This document shows, piece by piece, positions 39,983 through 53,666 of a stretch of DNA of 64,000 nt; the first letter of the stretch is position 1, and each line of letters begins with the position of its first letter. The stretch is from Kudoa neothunni. Its lineage: Eukaryota > Animalia > Cnidaria. The translations under genes and the position numbers were made by a program. The DNA lies in the NCBI GenBank assembly GCA_964304625.1, contig OZ199838.1, forward strand, positions 16,331,731 through 16,395,730. Reading direction: 5' to 3'. The notes below the pieces were generated by a model that was not told the origin of the DNA, ran no database searches, and saw nothing but the letters and a program-made list of their open reading frames with translations.

Positions 39983-42967
39983 ATGGATAACTTTTTCAAT
40001 CTTGATATTGTGTGTAAAATTGAAAACGATCGTCTCATAGAGGTAATCTTTATAAATCGCATCAATATGTCGGCTATTTTTTCATTTTCCAATATATGAA
40101 TACTTAGAACATTACAGTGGACAGTAATGTGACTATTCGGCAGTTGAAACAAATTTTACTGGAGAGATTTCGTGATGTATCCCATTTTTATTATATTAAC
40201 AATTGTCTAATGTTGATCGATTTAGTTGAAAGAAAGGTTCTGTTTTATGAACTACGGTTTTATTCTGCATCAATCTTATGAGGTGTGTGGTCATTTTATA
40301 TCGGAAACAGCGTTGATTGCTTCATTGAATCCCGCCGACTTTAACGGTCTCAATTCAGGCCTGATGGTAACACAATCACAATCATTATTGCATCCTTCTA
40401 TTGATGTGTGTATTGATCTAGTTTATGTATAAACAAAGTTTTCGTAATATTTATCAAGTCAACAAAATGGCCACCACCAGGAAGAGTGTAATTAAACCTA
40501 TGAAATATCCATATTAGAATTTGTCGATCTTAAATGAATGATTTCTGCTTTTAGACGCTGACTATGAGACGATTGAACAGCAAGAAAAAGGTAAACTTAC
40601 ATCAACTGCTTCAACATTCTACGTTTAGTTCTATTTTGATTTGGAAAATTGTCTGTAGGAGGATGAAAATAAACTTATTCAAGCGATCGCCAGCAACAAC
40701 ATCTTGTCGATTTCGGATATTCTACGTAAAGGATTGGATCCAAACTTTAACGATAAAACGAATGAAAGTAGTTACATAACTTATTTCTATATATATATAG
40801 TTAATTTGTTTACTAGTGCCTCCAATATTTCACGCAATATCCTCCAAAATGCAACTACAAGAAAACATCCTCGATTTGTTGACCAACTTTGGAGCTCACA
40901 TCGACTTCAGATCAATCAATGGATTGACTATTATGCATCATGCAGTGATTTTGGGCAACTACACCACAATAACAGTAACTTTTTTAGTCAGAATGAATGA
41001 TATTAATATGTAATGACTAATGCGATTGTTTATTTAGACACTAACCAAATACGGTCCTACGTTAGATGATATGGACGATAATGTAAGCATCTGAATTGTC
41101 CTCATGAACTATTAATTATTGGTGAAAAATATTAGGGAAACCCTGCGTGGTTTCTGGCAATAAATCCAAATGTACCGTTGGAATTTTTTCGATGGATTCT
41201 TCTAACTGACCCCAACTACGGTGCGATGAACGACGACACTCTCTCAGCGTTTCATTTGTGCTGTCGAAACAATCTTCCAACCCATTTGGAAGTACTATTG
41301 GACACAGTGTACAATAAACACTGCATGAGAGATTTCGACCGATTGGTTAATATTCAAAACAAAAGTGGTAACACCGCATTGCACTACGGAGTTATTTATC
41401 GATCGTTTGACTGTGTGCGAATCCTAAATAACTACAAGGTCAGTCTTGTGTTGAAAAATTTTGCCGGAGAAACACCCATTGCGATTGCACAACGACTCCA
41501 AGATTTTAATATTGTGTCGTTGTTGCAAATCGGTGAGGATGGAGTAGCTGCCCCATTGGTGAATAGCTCGAGTTTGGTGGCCTATGTGCCCCCTTCGCGA
41601 CGTTCCAGTTACGCCACCAAAGCCTACAATGAAATACGCCAATTCCATCATCCAAGCGGAACGCCAACTGTGGTGATCAATGATGATCCTCACAATATTG
41701 GAATCGAATTTGGCTTCAGTCAGTGGAATCCATTCAGCAAAATTGACACCTTAAAATTCAAAAACAAAACCAAATCCTATGTAAGAGTGGCTTATCAAAT
41801 GTATCCACCAGTGGTTCAAGCAGTCTCCAGTCATTGTCCTCTCTTCCATGAACAACTTCCGATTTCTCCTGGAGACATGGTTCAAGTGTTTATTACTTTC
41901 AATAGTGGGACAGCTTTCGGTCGGAGAAAACTCCCAATCGGTTTCATATATGGATGGTTTCCCACTTCGTGTATCGGACTTGACAATCCCGAAGCTATGA
42001 TCAAATTTAAGGTTAGTAGAATTCGTTTGTAGCTTATTTTTAACAATTTCTCTTAATTTTACGAATATTGGTTTAGAAAGCGTATTTCAATAAGGAAAAT
42101 TTCGAACTGCTCAAAATGCTCTCAAAAACTATCTACTATGGTCAGATACCAATGTTAAAAGAGATTGTGGTGTCCGACAGAGATTTCCATCTGGGATTGG
42201 AGTTGTCCTTTAAACGGGACAATTTTAGCACTTCTATTCTTGACCCGAAGAATCCCCTGCTTGTCACCCCTCACTACATCAAATCAATCAAAGAGAACAG
42301 TTTAGCAAGAGACTACGAGTTTCGAATTGGAGATCGAATCCTCGCCATCAATGACGAAGATGTGTCCACCTATGATCATCCCACCGTTTCAGAAATCATA
42401 AAGAAGGTGGTTAATAGCACAAAAAAGCTGTGTGTTCCTAAACAGTGCGGAAGTTCTTTCAGTCTGAAATGGCTCAAAAAACGGAACGATGAACCCACTC
42501 GAGACAAACGCAATATCGCTATACTTGTGGGAAGATATCATGTTCCACCGGTACCGTCACAATCGTTATCCAATCTAAGACCTACTATGACAATCAGATC
42601 GGTGTACACCGATACCGGAGGTCATTTTAATAGTGGCACCACCAACCGCCCAACTCAAGAAAGCTCGGTTATCAACTCTTACGACTCGCCAAACGATTCA
42701 GTAGATATTTTGGAGACACTTGTGGATCGAATGAACTGTATGCCGCAAAATAATAACGGTCGTCGACGCTCCATCAACACAAGTCTACCCAACCCTATTG
42801 CTTTTACCATCTCGCCGCCTCCACCTCAACCAACTATCTCCCATCAACAATCTCCAATCAAAAAATTTAAAAACAGCTTCAAACACCAACCACTACTCAA
42901 CGATAACGACGATAACATCAGTATTATGACCCCCACCTCAAACGACCTCTTCCCCGAAATCAGATAG
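39983..42967 (+). CDS. SHANK: Shank-family scaffold (SPN/FERM-like, ankyrin repeats, SH3, PDZ, short Pro-rich tail)
   Basis: Spliced N-terminus VDSNVTIRQLKQ..MNYGF..GHFISE..L..FMYK resembles the Shank SPN domain. LRKGLDPNF, GAHIDFRSINGLTIMHHAV and QNKSGNTALHY match Shank ankyrin repeats; ISPGDMVQV..GWFPTSCI is SH3; IGDRILAINDEDV..HPTV is PDZ. The start may extend upstream. Confidence 0.88.
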
Positions 42968-44119
42968 CAATGAATGATTTTTACACCCAATAAACCAACA
43001 GAATTCAACTCATACAAAAATCTCTACACACTATACAACCATATATGTTTCAAAAATAGATGAAACTATTTTGTAGATAGGTTTCCAATTCCCTTTTGTT
43101 AGGCATTATTTGTATCGCTTTTATTGATTTCTTCGTATGCGTTTTTGTATGTGTCACACCTTAACCACAATTAGTTACTTTTAGATTTTAGCGTGTATAT
43201 AAGAAATTCATTTTTTAAAGTAAATTCAATATTAAGTAAACCAGTTTATTTTTTTATACTAAATAAAGAATTATTAATTATCTACATTAGCGTAAGTATC
43301 CTAACTTCTATATTCACTCGATTTTAGATATTTTCCGAGAGTAAATTATTTTTTAGTTAACTCATAGTAATTAAATTAAAAAAATTTAATTTATCATATT
43401 TTTATCGATTACGATTAATAAAATTGAACTATATAATTAGAGGATAACATAGGAAAATCAATATAATCTCATAGTTCGAACACGTACACAAAGGGTATTC
43501 AGAATAAAACCAGTTGGAGTTAAAAACGAAAATTTATAATCTATCGGATGACAACTTTTCTATATTATTATTATTATTATATTTATTATTCATTTTTTAT
43601 ATTTTATGAAAAATTTAGTAATGCATGTTTTTTCATAAATACGGAGAAAAATAGCCATTTATTTGATGTGAGGTAACGGCTTAAACTAATTATTTTGTTT
43701 CATTAGACAGACACTAATGGTGGGGTAAAATGTAATCCTAAACAGCATGTGCGTAGGTGCAATGAAAAAGTTTTAATCTCAGCGGCTGTTACTTACAATC
43801 CGTTTACAAATTTAAATTTTTTAGAATCTGCTATATTTAATTATTTTTGACCCACCGCTACGCTCTTAGGTGCCAGAAATAATTAAATATAGTCAAAACT
43901 AATGTCACATGAATATTATTTTGTTCGGGAGAAAATTATTTGGAGTTTGAATACATTTCTTGAACGGATTATGGTAGAAATTCGAGGTTGCACTGTATTT
44001 ATTGTTCAAATTAATATTCGGTTAAAATGCAGATCAGTGCTATATTTATGCAATAATTTCGGCCAAAAATTAATTAATTTCATTCAATACATTATTTCTG
44101 ATATTATGGTTGTGCATTT

Positions 44120-44530
44120 GCTACAATTTAACACCTAATGTTTGCATAAAATACGAATTCTCTTTTCTTATAGACATAGATTTAATAATATGGCAATCCA
44201 ACAAAATTAAATTAGAGTTGTCCAACTTAAATTCTACAGCACATAAGGTATGCTCTACTTGAGCCAACTTAATTGATGGTATATCCTGTCCAAATAATGA
44301 ATAATCACGAGGGACTAGGAGTTCTCTGCATTATTAATAGATTACTGCAAATAATATTGTGATGATAAGTAGCGGTTGCTAAAGTACCCTACTGATTGAT
44401 GGCGCAACATTGATCAATAAACATTATTAAAATATTCAACGAGTTCGGTTTTGTGTGTTGTCTCTAATTTGAATTACGGTCATTATTCTGCATTTAAAGC
44501 ATCAAAAATTAAGGAAATTTGAATTTTTTA
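44120..44530. repeat. Dispersed ~400-bp repeat, copy 2 (ORF disrupted)
   Basis: Homologous to 2285-2700; minus-strand frame has an early stop (MQNNDRNSN*). Confidence 0.85.
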
Positions 44531-45362
44531 TATTTAAAGCTATATATAGAACTATCAAGTAAAATAAATTAAGTTCTTATATAACTAAATTGTTTTCACA
44601 TGCACCTACGTTATATACATAAAGTAGTCTATATATTGTAAAAATTTTTAAAACAATTTGTTTAAAATTGCATAAATATCTGTTGATAAATTTAACTCAT
44701 GAGTTCACGTATAAGTTTTTATGAATCTTAAGTAATAATATATATTAAAAACTCATGTGTATATCAAAATAGTAATTGAGTATTATTAAAATTAGGTTAT
44801 ATTGTAATGCATAAAAATTACATTTATGTTAAGACGCACGCATGTATACTTGTACTTGATTTCTATTTTGTGTTTTATTTCTTTATCAGCGCATGTAAAG
44901 AATTAAAAGATAGCAATATAAACGCTAAATATCTATTTTTGGTTTATATATTTATAATATGGTAAACGGAGTTCAATCTAACATTAATAAACGCTATTAA
45001 AATAGTAAACTAAAGGAATATTTTTATTATCGTTAAAATTTTATTTCAATTCAACTCAAACAAAAAATATGAAGAGTTGTAATTAATTATTAACACATTA
45101 TAATATTATAATTCCAGAAAATAGTATTAATTTATGTGTGTAAGTATATAAATTAAAATAGTGGAATAATTCTAAATGAGATATGTTGGACGAAGAACTG
45201 TGGGTTTTATTCCGATTAAATTATAAATACAAATCAGGCACAACATATTTGAAAAAAATATTAAATTTTAATGTAAATTCTGTATTATCACATTATTCCC
45301 TAACAAAAGAGACATACTTAAATTTATTAAATGGAATTAGTTAGGCTAAAAACCTCTCAAAA

Positions 45363-46259
45363 CTATTTTCCGTAAAAAGTAATCCCTCTGATAAACTAAA
45401 CTATTCAACAACACACTAAACTACCCCAGTACATACCTGTTCCTTAGATAGTTGTATTGAGCACAATACACCTCACTTTCCAGCATTAGTGTATTGTCGT
45501 AGAGAGTCTTATCAACAATTCCAGTGTAACAGTCCGTCAATAATTCGAGGGCTTTTTTCCCATTGTACATCCGCAAGGAACTCTACACAGTCGTTTATAG
45601 TATTGCATTTATGAAACCATTTCAACTAGCTAACCAGCTAACTAACTAACTTACATTAGGATCTGGAGTGAGATTGCGAATCTGTTTTATAATTGGTTCA
45701 AGCGTTGTAATAGAACCTTCAACACAATCTAATATTGTGTCGAAACATTTCTCAACTTCCAATTGTGGCATTTGAGTTAAATCCTAACATTCAATCAAAA
45801 AAATAGCAACAAATTCCTGAATTAACGTTAGGTTGATCTTCCGGGACTGATGATGATTGCAACTCTTCTTCGGTCGGTAATGCATTTTGTAAATCGATTT
45901 CCAGTTGAAAACCATTATTTGAGTTCTTAAAATTATTGTCAATTATAGCTGAAACCAAAAAAAGCAATTACATGTTCGTCTAAAAGTGAAGTTTCTTTCA
46001 ATTTATCAACCATCAAATTCGTAAGATGAGATTTTAACTCGGGAGTTGACATATTTTCGGATTCCAAATTCCCAAATATATCCCACAACTCTGGAGGAAA
46101 TTCTTCGGGCACATTCCATTGGGATGTTCCTGTCACTTGGTCGTAATAGTACAATCTCCCTCGCGAACTTTTGTACACCGACCAATTTCTGAACTAAAAC
46201 CCATTCAATACGAGAATTGTTAGTTGGTATTGTACAGAAATCAATTTTTCACTTCCCAT
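45363..46259 (-). CDS. WW-domain protein (possibly a divergent WAC)
   Basis: Spliced MGSEKLIS|FRNWSVYKSSRGRLYYYDQVTGTSQWNVPEEF is a canonical WW domain. Further GT-AG exons lead to ..RNRGITFYGK*. The 3' exons are less certain. Confidence 0.75.
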
Positions 46260-46274
46260 TGAAATTTGATTGAC

Positions 46275-46284
46275 TGCGTACGCA
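46275..46284. promoter_or_regulatory. Palindrome TGCGTACGCA, candidate core-promoter element of the WW gene
   Basis: 16-25 nt upstream of the ATG; the identical 11-mer CTGCGTACGCA lies upstream of TIMM9. Confidence 0.5.
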
Positions 46285-47193
46285 TTAATCCTTATATAAA
46301 ATCACCAAATCATCAAATTATTTTTCAGATTTTATCAAAATGGCGTCCATATATTTTTATGAATTGATTTTACTTTAAAATTAAACGATATGGGTGAGCT
46401 ATAAATATACCCACAAAAATAGATTATGGATATTTTTACTAAAATACTTCTTTGGGTCAAAAAATATAAAAAAATAACTCAATTCGATACTTGCAACTCT
46501 TGTGGGACGACGGGGGTGCATTATGCATCGCAATTTTTGGATTTATAAAAATCCCAAAAATTGGGAATTAAACCTCCGCCTTATATTCAGTGAAATCTCT
46601 CAATATAATTCATTTTTGTATTTAAAAAATTTGAGATATTCAGTTTGAAAGAAATTGATTTAATATAATTCGTTAAACCGAAGCAGATTATCTTCAACTT
46701 AAAATATCACTAATAGCAATACGAAATGATTATTATAATAGGTAAATTAATGTTCACATTAAGAATATTCAATAAAATTAAAATAAAATGTCTAGTAACT
46801 TTAAGAAATCATATTTTTAATTTCCGCCGACAAAGTCCGATGGATTATGAGATTAATTTAAGATACATACGATTAGGAGCGTTGTTATTTGGGTTTTGCG
46901 GGAGCGTATATTTTTGTACGAAGATTTTTCAGTCTTTAATTTTTTCATTTTGACATAAGAAAATGACATTCAAAAATAATTCGTATAATATTATTGTGAA
47001 TTTAAATAAAAATAGATGATATATGGCGAGTAATCTAGAATTTGAGGATGACTAATGTGACAAATGTTCTAATTATAGCTTTTCGAAAATTTTTTATGAG
47101 TCAAAAGTCGAATGTGATGAGATGCTATTAGAGAAGATATCAACTGCTACTAAATCGGGTTTCCAGTGAGTTTGTGTTTGAAAATCAATAAGA

Positions 47194-47231
<38 letters not shown>

Positions 47232-47830
47232 GAAAATTTTCGGCATCATGCTAATAGCTAATAATAAGACTGGTTCTATGGGGATTTCAAATATAATTAT
47301 TTAAACATTATACTCACTAATTAACTAACTAAATTAATTAACTTAAACTTTATATTAGTATTTAAAAATATGATAAATTTCTTGCTACTTTTATTCAAGA
47401 CCGAAATAACTTATGGGAAATTTTTATGCTGATATAATAAGTGATCTCCACTGACGTTGGATTATCACCAATAGTTTTCTAATAATGTCATTATTAATTT
47501 AAATGCATTCATTATAACAAAATCACAGGGACATTTTGTCACCTACAAATCAGATATAGATCCAAATGTGTGTGTTATAGTTGATTGTACACAGAAAACG
47601 CAATATCTCATACGAAACCCCCAAAAATTACGCGCACAACCGAATTTTTACAAAAAAAAATCAACGCCTTAGATTCAGAGATTTAGACGCCGCTATTGTT
47701 GTTACATCAATGCAAAACAAAAAACTGTTTCTATCACATAAATTGATTCGAAACATGAAGTAATACTTAACGCCAAACAAACACACTTAATGAAATGAAC
47801 AATAAATCTATCACTTCGCTAAAATGCCGT

Positions 47831-48563
47831 TTATTTATCAAGGATAATTCCATCATACTAAATAGTTCATCGAGGTTAGAGACAGTCACAACACCTACAA
47901 AAATCACCTTCTTTTGGAACCACTCGATAGCCTCTTTTTTCGAGACCATGTGAGATGAACCAACTCTGTTATTCTTTCTCTTGCGTCTCGCAACACGATG
48001 ACCAGGTCTGGTCAACACAACACAGAAATCCATGCCATAGATACCAATGGATGGGTCATATTTGATACCCAAATCGATATGTTCTTGGATACCAAAGCCA
48101 AAGTTGCCTTTTGCGGAAAACGCACCTTTTTTCAACTCGTATTCTTTCACCTATTAGTCAATAGAAGCAAATACTCAAAATGAAACAATGCAACATTGTT
48201 ATATATATAATTATTAATCGATTGTAATAATAGAAGGCTCAATAAAAAATCCTATACAACAAACAACAATCGCCCACCCACCTTAAGACCTTTGTCTAAA
48301 AGCTCCTCGGCTTTTTGACCTCTCACAGTGCAATGAACAGCGATTTTCTCGTTTCTACGAATACCGAAAGAACGAATAGTGAGTCTAGATTTGGATGTGA
48401 CGGGAGACTGACCGGTGAGAGCTTCCAAAACTTTTGCAGCTCTGGTTAATCGATCACCACTTTCACCAACACAGATATTAAGACATAATTTGTCAATTTT
48501 AACCTCCCTCATTGGGTTGGTTTTTGTTGCACTAACTTCTGTGGTCTTCTTGACTGACACCAT
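47831..48563 (-). CDS. RPL11: 60S ribosomal protein L11 (uL5), 3 coding exons
   Basis: [51 protein letters not shown]|..[33 protein letters not shown]|YDGIILDK*. Confidence 0.98.
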
Positions 48564-48758
48564 GACTGGAATTTTAGCGTGGACAGTCGTCGTGAATGTT
48601 CGGATTATCCATTCATTAAACTGCTTTAAAATTTGTGTTTTCTTACTAACTATCTTTTTCACTTTTAATGCAATGTGTTTTAATATTAGTCTTGGTCGTG
48701 ATAATAAAAATGTTTGGTGTAACGAACAATGGCGAGTTTTTACGAACAGCGTATAAAA

Positions 48759-49781
48759 ATGAACATGTCAGAGGGCGATGTCCAAAAACAAGTACTACAT
48801 CAATCGTTTTATCGGTTGTGAGTGCTTATTAGATTGAACACATGATTGCGTTTATTCAACAAGAGGCTAAGGAACGTGTTCAAGAGATTGAAGCAAAAGT
48901 AGCCATAACTTTAGTGATATGGCGTGTTTTTGAATCTGGGAACTGGTTAGGCTGAGGAAGAATTTAACATTGAGAAAGGACGTTTGGTCCAACAAGAACG
49001 TATGCGTTTGATGAACGTGTATGAGAAAAAAGTGAAACAGATTACAATGCTTCAAAAAATGTACTCACACTCGTCTTCTAAACCACCAAATATTAAACTA
49101 TTTGTTCATCTATTTGTAGACATGAGTCGCGTTGTTTGAACCAATGCCGTCTCTCCAAACTCAAATGTCAACAAGATATTATATCTGTATTTGTTTTTGA
49201 AGCAGTTAACCATTTGAACAATAAAAAATGTAGAATCTGCTGAACATAATTCGGGAAAAGTTGGCACTTGTGTCTAAAGATAAGGATAAATACAAAGAGA
49301 TTCTTAAAAAACTTATTCTTCAAGTAAAAATCTACGGTTCAATTCGTAGATGATATTGAGATTGAATTGGTAGGCCTCGTTTCAACTCATGGAATCTGAA
49401 GTGGAGTTGTTTTGTCTTCAAGAAGATTTGGATGTGGTGAAATCGTTGGTTCCTGATGTTTGCGCAGAGTTCGTTAAATTGGGAGGTGGAAATATTAAAT
49501 TTAAAGTCAATGAAACAAATTTTCTACCCTCGCATGTGTAATAATCTACTTTTTTTTGTTGAATTGAATTATTCTTAGCTATGGCGGAATTGAACTCATG
49601 TCTAAGTTTGGAGAGGTTCGAGTGAATAACACTCTCGCTGCTCGTCTTGAATTGATTAGCAGTCAGGTAATACTGTTGTTGTTTGGTGGCTATTTCTAAT
49701 ATTGCGTTGTGTATTCAGAAAATCCCCCACATAAGGAACATTCTTTTTGGTGAAAACCCCAGGAGAAAATTTGACAATTAG
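48759..49781 (+). CDS. ATP6V1E: V-type proton ATPase subunit E (8 exons)
   Basis: MSEGDVQKQ|[17 protein letters not shown]|[49 protein letters not shown]; seven 41-59 nt GT-AG introns. Missed by the ORF track. Confidence 0.97.
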
Positions 49782-49871
49782 TTGTTCCGCACTTTTTATT
49801 ATCTTTATTGTTTTTGAATATATTTAAACAATCATCAATCTTTTTTTCTATTTGTCGCGTTCTTTTGAGAA

Positions 49872-50960
49872 AATTATTCTTATTAATTATTCTTATTAAT
49901 TTTTCTTATTAATTATTCTTATTAATTTTTCTTATTAATTATTCTTATCAATTATTCTTATTAATTATTCTTATTAATTTTTCTTATTAATTTTTCTTAT
50001 TAATTATTCTTATCAATTATTCTTATTAATTATTCTTATTAATTTTTCTTATTAATTATTCTTATCAATTATTCTTATCAATTATTCTTACCAATTATTC
50101 TTATTAATTTTTCTTATTAATTATTCTTATTAATTTTTCTTATTAATTTTTCTTATTAATTATTCTTATCAATTATTCTTATTAATTATTCTTATTAATT
50201 TTTCTTATTAATTATTCTTATTAATTATTCTTATCAATTATTCTTATCAATTATTCTTATCAATTATTCTTATTAATTTTTTCTTATTAATTATTCTTAC
50301 CAATTATTCTTATTAATTTTTCTTATTAATTATTCTTATCAATTATTCTTATCAATTATTCTTACCAATTATTCTTATTAATTATTCTTATTAATTATTC
50401 TTATCAATTATTCTTATTAATTTTTCTTATTAATTATTCTTATTAATTATTCTTACCAATTATTCTTATTAATTATTCTTATCAATTATTCTTATTAATT
50501 ATTCTTATTAATTATTCTTACCAATTATTCTTATTAATTATTCTTATCAATTATTCTTACCAATTATTCTTATTAATTATTCTTACCAATTATTCTTACC
50601 AATTATTCTTATTAATTATTCTTACCAATTATTCTTATTAATTTTTCTTATTAATTATTCTTATCAATTATTCTTATTAATTATTCTTATTAATTATTCT
50701 TATTAATTTTTCTTATTAATTATTCTTATTAATTATTCTTATTAATTTTTCTTATTAATTATTCTTATTAATTATTCTTATTAATTTTTCTTAATTTTTC
50801 TTATTAATTTTTCTTATTAATTATTCTTATCAATTATTCTTATTAATTATTCTTACCAATTATTCTTATTAATTATTCTTACCAATTATTCTTATTAATT
50901 ATTCTTACCAATTATTCTTATCAATTATTCTTATTAATTATTCTTATCAATTATTCTTAT
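49872..50960. repeat. 13-bp minisatellite (AATTATTCTTATT, ~84 copies)
   Basis: Tandem units with variants AATTTTTCTTATT, AATTATTCTTATC and AATTATTCTTACC; no G on the plus strand. Confidence 0.97.
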
Positions 50961-53666
50961 GGTAAGTAGTACCCCCTAGAATAACTAAGATATTACAAAA
51001 GTGATTTCATTAGTGTGTTAAGTTAGTTTTTTTTTAATTTCTGATGAGTATATCCTATATTTATTGAATTCACTTATTTGGAAATATACTAGCGGTAACA
51101 TGTTTTAAAGGTTGAAAATGACGTTTTCCGTACTACTAATATATTCGGGGGTTTCAGGCATGAACCACTTGCGCCTTGCGTCCTAGTCGGCCAAAGAAAT
51201 CTTGTTTAATATTCTAATACTATAATACTCTTATACGTCATGAAACGTCGTTTTTAATGCTGAAATGCTGGTGATTTTTTAAAGAAATTTCTGAATTCAT
51301 TCCTTGGTTTTTATTTAAAATTTGTATATTTTATGTATAATAAATTTAGAAGAAATATTTATATTTTCTAATTCTCAAATTTTGAGAGTAGGTGACCATC
51401 TTTTATCTAACTATGAGATTTTCGTTCAAAATTTAATGTATAAAGGTTTCAAATAACTCTATTTCTTAAACAAAGCTTCTTTTTGAAATAGAATTCGAAA
51501 AGGTTTGCTCTGTATCCACCACAGTAATGAGTAATGAAAAAAATTTTATATCCGTTAATATTCAACGCTTAGAGTTGATAGATAAGTGATAAGTGGTGAA
51601 ATTTAAAAAACCGAATTCGTTTTGAATATTAGCGTTATTTTCAATAGAGTGTAACGGAAATTTATGAGATTCCGCCTAGAAGAAATCACAAATCAATAAG
51701 TCGTCATAAATAAGCATGGTAAGGAAAGAAAATCTCAATTTAATTATTTTTAAATTTACTCATCTACAAAATTTTTATGAATTGTGAGGCTAATGAAAAC
51801 AACACTTAGAGAATTTTGCGAATAGTAGTTTCTTTTGAGTTGAGATTGCTACTCAAATATTTTAAATTTAAAAATTTATTATTGATAATAATTTTTAATC
51901 CAGTTAATAGAGTTTTTAAAAAAAATTTTAAAGTATATTATTATGTGTAAGCAATATAAATTTGAATTACGCTCAGCATCTTAAAGCCCCAAATACAACC
52001 CCGCCAAAACAATTCTCGAGGGTCCAATATTAAAAATTCTAAAATCATGCCCTTTTGGATATTTAATAAAGCTGAGATATCTAACCATCATACTTTGGTT
52101 TAAATTTTCCATCAAAATTCAAAGTATTAGGCCGAAGGTTATAAAACAAACATTAATGAGCTTCCAAAAAACAAACGAAATTATGTACAACTAATTAAAA
52201 ATATATTAATTATTATTATTAATTATTATTGGTGCAAAGATTAGTTTATAAATCGCCTCGTAAAATATTAAATACATATTTCAATACATTTCATTAAATA
52301 AATAATTTTAAGTAAAATTCATATCGTTTACTTTTGTTTATTCTACTACCCAAAACATTGCATTTGCTATGTAAGTGCAGACGAATTCGTGCGAAACTCA
52401 AATTCAACTAAAAAGTAGAGTATGAATAAAGCATTTTCTTGACAATTTTTAAAAGATCCACTAACTATCATTTGGACAAATAAGTGTATATATAACCAAA
52501 TTTAATGAACCAACTATGATGATATAACGTTCAATCTCACCAGCGAATTCTATTAAAAGATATCTTTATAAAATTTTATTTTCGAGGAAATAAAAAATAG
52601 TTCCACACATTAGTGGAATCAGCGTTATAAAATCTTAGTTATTCTATGAGATATTCATTACCGTAAGAATAACCACTGTCTTGACTTATTAGTGCTACTA
52701 TTTTAGTATTTTATTTTGGTTGATAATTAAGTTACTTATTTAAATCAATTAAAACGAAAAATTATTAAGCTAACATTATTTGTAAACTATTTGGACTTTT
52801 CGAAACAATCCGAGGTATATGGCATTAAAAGGAAGACACGTGCGATTAACTCAATACAGTCAAAATCGCCTATACACAACGTACACAACGTCGTTTTTGG
52901 GGTCAAATGGATCTCACTTTTTCATTGTTTATTTAAGTTTATAAAATCATTTCGGTTCCAATTTTATAATAAAAAATAATTCTATTGACGGAATAAGGAA
53001 AAAATCTAAGAATACTGCAAAGTCGATATTTTACGACTGTATCCGATATCACAAATTATGTTGTATCTACGTATATATTGAAAAACAATTAGTTTTCATA
53101 CTCGTAACAATATGTATTTAAGTTAATTAACTATAATAAAATATTTGAGGAAGAAAGCTATTTATATTGCTTTACAAGTAACTCATACATTATACATTAC
53201 ACATTACACATTACACATTACGTAAAGGAGTGGTTAATTAATTATAATTGACTAATTTTATTAACTTTTAGTTTATATATCGCATACAATAATTTTTTAT
53301 TCTTTATGGATTAATAAAGAACGACAGGCATTATTTACTCTCTTTGTAGCCGAAAAATATATACCCTCAAAATAAAAATGGAGTAGAAATGTACTCCGCG
53401 TTTATATTTCACTAAATTATCTAAATAAAAGTTAGTATCGACAGAAAAAAATGTGAGGAAAATTATTCGTTTGAATTGCGCAAAATTACATGTTCATATA
53501 TTACTTTGAAGTATGATTGTATTTCTAGGTTTATTTTTTTATTTAATAAAATAATTTAACTACTTTATGTTAATTTATCTTCTTATAAACAACACGATAT
53601 AATATTACCAAGTGATAACAAATAGTGATTATTTCATACAACAGTTTTCACATGTGTTTTTGAATA

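Noticed and set aside
40168-40225. Shank intron donor GTATCCCAT as U12-type
   Set aside because: Only a partial match to GTATCCTT, and no TCCTTAAC branch site.
48564-48662. N-terminal extension of RPL11 in the ORF track
   Set aside because: It starts at a non-ATG codon; the homologous start is the ATG at 48563.
49872-50960. Possible CRISPR array or telomeric repeat
   Set aside because: No unique spacers, eukaryotic context, internal position, and no G-rich telomere-type unit.
51140-51200. tRNA-like A box on the minus strand (TGGCCGACTAGG..AAGGCG); B-box-like patch near 58985-59025
   Set aside because: No cloverleaf can be built; too degenerate to call.
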